From assembly GCF_020745735.1 (NCBI RefSeq), contig NC_083403.1, forward strand, positions 102,262,378-102,326,377: DNA of 64,000 bases, given 5' to 3'. Source of the stretch: Hemiscyllium ocellatum. Lineage: Eukaryota. The notes under the pieces are model-generated. The model searched no databases. It saw nothing but the letters and a program-made list of their open reading frames with translations, and was not told the origin of the DNA. How positions within the stretch are numbered: the first letter of the stretch is position 1; every line of letters begins with the position of its first letter. Positions 60,736-64,000 of the stretch are shown here, in pieces. The translations under genes were made by a program, and so were the position numbers.

Positions 60736-61744
60736 GTAAGTAATATTTACTAACACCATTGGTATGGGAATTTTACTGTACACAACTATTATTAGTTGCT
60801 CTGTTCAACCATTAATTTATTGCGATTAGATAATTGAGACAACAGTCTCGCACTGTCACAGCCATTGGAAGTAGTTTCAGGTGGGTTTTCTGCATTCCTG
60901 TAGATGACCAATTCCTTGAGGAGTGGGTACTTTGTTGGATTGGGCCACTTGTGTCTGTAAACCCAGTTTCACATAAAGGATAATTGGAGGGGTGTTCCAA
61001 GGATGTAGTTGGAGGACTGGAAAGGGATATAGTGAAGAGAAATCCAAATGTTTCCCTGCCTCTAAATACAGTATTTTGCTAGGTCTTTCAAGTGCTTGAG
61101 TTTAACATTGTCTGTATTCATCTAACCAAGAAAGGCAAGTGTGCCAAACGCCACCTTCACTGCCCTATCTAACTGTGATGCTAATTTCACGGAACTACGT
61201 ACCTGTATCACTTAGTTTCTCTGTTTGACAATACTCTCTTGGGCCTTGCCATTAACTGTATAAGTCCTGTCCCTGTTCACCTTCCCTCACTTAAGTTGGG
61301 AATAATTGGTAAATTATTAAAGTTTGCACATTATACATCAGTATAAAAGAAGACATCCTAAATGAAAACTGTATTTTAAAGTACTTCGTAAGTATGTTTT
61401 ATTTTATGTAGACTGGTAGGTCATAGCCAAACCAGCTGCGTTTTATGGTGACAGAAAATGCAATGAAATCTCTCCCGCTCCACCTTGACACTCTCACATT
61501 AATACTGGCTCCTTCCTCCCCACAATACGTACCCATCTTCCCAACTACATCCCTACTACATACATCCTCTCTCCACTCAATCCCTGCTCACTTGTCCCTT
61601 TCATCCTACTCCCACTCAAGGCTCATCATTCCCTCAACCCTTCCTCCTTGCCTATGCTCTTCACTCCTGGATTTCTCCGTGTTTACACTCTAGAGTGGAG
61701 AAACAATGCTAACCTGGAAGGATAATAGACTAAAGCTTCAAAAC

Positions 61745-62005
61745 CCAACCCCAGACTCCCTAACCCCATTCTTATCATGGCTAATCCACCTAGCATACAC
61801 ATGTCTGGACACTACAGGGCAAATTTAGTATGGCTAATTACCTAGCCTGCACATCCTTGGACTTTGGATCGGAAACCGGAATACCCGGTAGAAATCAACA
61901 CAAGCACAAATAGAGCATGTAACCTTCACACAGACATCCAACACTGGATTTGAACATGGTTTTCTGGCACTGTGAGGCAGCAGTTGTAACCAATGTGCCA
62001 CCGTT
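61745..62005 (-). mobile_element. Older HE1-like V-SINE
   Basis: Diverged match to the copies at 31580-32210. Confidence 0.75.
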
Positions 62006-62079
62006 CAACCTGTTATATTCACAACCACTTTTTTTTTCTCTCTCTTTCCAATTTATTCAAAGTTATTAAATTTCGTCAC

Positions 62080-64000
62080 TGAGTCATAGAGTTGTACAGC
62101 AAGAATCAGACCCTTCAGTCAAACGTGTCTATGCTGACGAGATATCCTAAATTAATCTAGTCCCATTTGCCAGCATTTGGTCCATAGCTGTCTGAATCCT
62201 TCCTACTCATATACCCATCCAGATGCCTTTTTAAATGCTGTTATTGTACCAGCCTCCACTACCTCCTTTGGCAGCTTATTCTATACATGCACCACTTCCT
62301 GCGTGAACATGTGTCCCTTAGGTCCCTTTTAAATTTGCCCCTCTCACCTTAAATCTATGCCCTCTTGTTTTGGACTCCCCCACTGTGGGGAAATGACATA
62401 ATCTATTTACCCTAACCGTGCCCCTCATGATTTAAAAACTTCTATATGGTCACCCCACAGCCTCCAACGCTTCAGGGAAAACAGCCCCAGCCTCACCCTA
62501 TAGCTCAAATTCTCCATCCCTGGCAATATCCTTGTAAATCTTTTCTGAAGCCTTTCAAGTATTACAACATCTTTCCTATGGCAGGGAGACCAGAGTTGGA
62601 CACAGAATTCCAAAAGTGGCCTAACTGGTGACCTGTATAACAGCAACTTGACCTCTCAACTACTATATCCACTGCACTGACCAATGAAGGCAAGCATACC
62701 AGATGTCATCTTCACTATCCTGTCCACCTGCAACTCCACTTTCAAGGAACTGTGAACCTGCATCCTGAGGTCTATTCATTCAGCAACACTCCCCACAACC
62801 TTACCTTTAAGTGTATAGGTCCTGCCCTGATTTGCCTTGCCTTGCAGCACCTCACATTTATCTAAATTAAACTCCATCTGCCACTCCTTGGCCCATTGGC
62901 CCATCTGATCATGGTCCCATTGTACTCTGAGGTAACTTCTTCACAGTCTGCTACACCTCCAAATTTGGTGTCATCTGCAAACTTACTATCTATACTTCAT
63001 ATGTTCACACCCAAGCCATTTCAATAAATGACAAGAAGCAATGGACCCAGCACCGATGCTTGTGGCACACGGCTGATCACAGGCCTCCAGCCTGAAAAGC
63101 AACCTTCCACCACCACCTTCTGTCTTCTACCTTCAAGCCAGTTCAGTACTCTAATGGGTAATTCTAATTGTATTCCATGTGATCTAACCTTGCTAACCTT
63201 TCTAACATGAGGAACCTTGTCGAATGCCTTACTGAAGTCCTTATGTATCGCGTCCACCACTCTGCCCTCATCAATCCTCCTCATTACTTCAAAAAACTCA
63301 ATCAAGTTCGTGAGACACAATTTCCCATGCTCAAAGTCGTGTTGACTTTCCCTAATCAGTCCTTGCCTTTCCAAATGTATGTAAATCCTGTCTCATGATT
63401 CCCTCCAACAACTTGCCCACCATTGACATCAGGCTCACCAGTCTACAGTCCCCTGTTTTTTCCCTCATCAACTTTAAATAGTGTCACCATGTTAGCCAAT
63501 CTCCAGTCTTCTGGGACCTCACCTGTGGCTATTGATGATAATATCTCAGTAAGGGGCCAAGCAATCACTTCCCTACCTTCCCACATAGTTCTAGGGTACA
63601 CCTGATCAGATCCCAGAGATTTATCCACCTTTATGCGTTTTAAGATGCCCATCATCACCACCTCTGTAATATGGACATTTTTCAAGAAGTCACCGTTTAT
63701 TTCCCCATGTTCTCTATCTTTCATATCCTTCTCCACTGTAAATGCTGATGCAAATACTTGTTTAGTATCTCCCCATCTCCTGAGGTTCCATGTGATGCCC
63801 TTGCTGATCTTCAAGGGGCCCTATTTCCCTTATTTTTCTTTTGTCCTTAATGTATTTGTAGAGTCTCTTTGGATTCTCCTTATCCCTACTTGCCAAAGCT
63901 ATCTCATGTTCCCTTTTGCCCTTCTGATTTCCTCCTTAAGCATACCTGCACTGCCTTCCCTACTCAATCCCTGCTGTCTATGTGTTGCATATGCCGCTGC
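62080..64000 (-). mobile_element. CR1/HER1-type LINE (runs off the window)
   Basis: ORFs 62425-62646, 63021-63374 (DFSKAFDKVPH, VPQASVLGPLL), 63443-63814; 3' tail at about 62080. Confidence 0.92.

Overview
Vertebrate genomic DNA, most likely an elasmobranch (shark), judged from HE1-type V-SINEs and CR1/HER1-type LINEs. Two + strand genes can be built by hand from GT-AG splice sites. The first is a complete 8-exon NUP43 (CDS 3348-26403, 369 aa, WD40 nucleoporin). The second is the 5' part of LATS1 (four coding exons, 40616-60735; the gene runs off the window). Introns and the intergenic region are full of decayed RTE, CR1/HER1, gypsy, SINE and Penelope-like element (PLE) fragments. The most notable feature is a 2.48-kb, almost perfectly homogeneous tandem array of a 384-bp unit (26945-29422) just downstream of the NUP43 poly(A) signal. 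On the minus strand each unit carries a minimal type I hammerhead ribozyme motif (CUGAUGA..GAAAC-GUC, palindromic ACGU helix III). Each unit consists of a PLE terminal repeat fused to the apparent start of a PLE ORF. This is the architecture of a non-LTR retrozyme (self-cleaving, circular-RNA-derived retroelement), with parental-type PLE fragments in the same window. About a dozen more hammerhead motifs from several PLE families are dispersed through the window, most of them CpG-decayed. Ribozyme activity and expression are inferred, not demonstrated.
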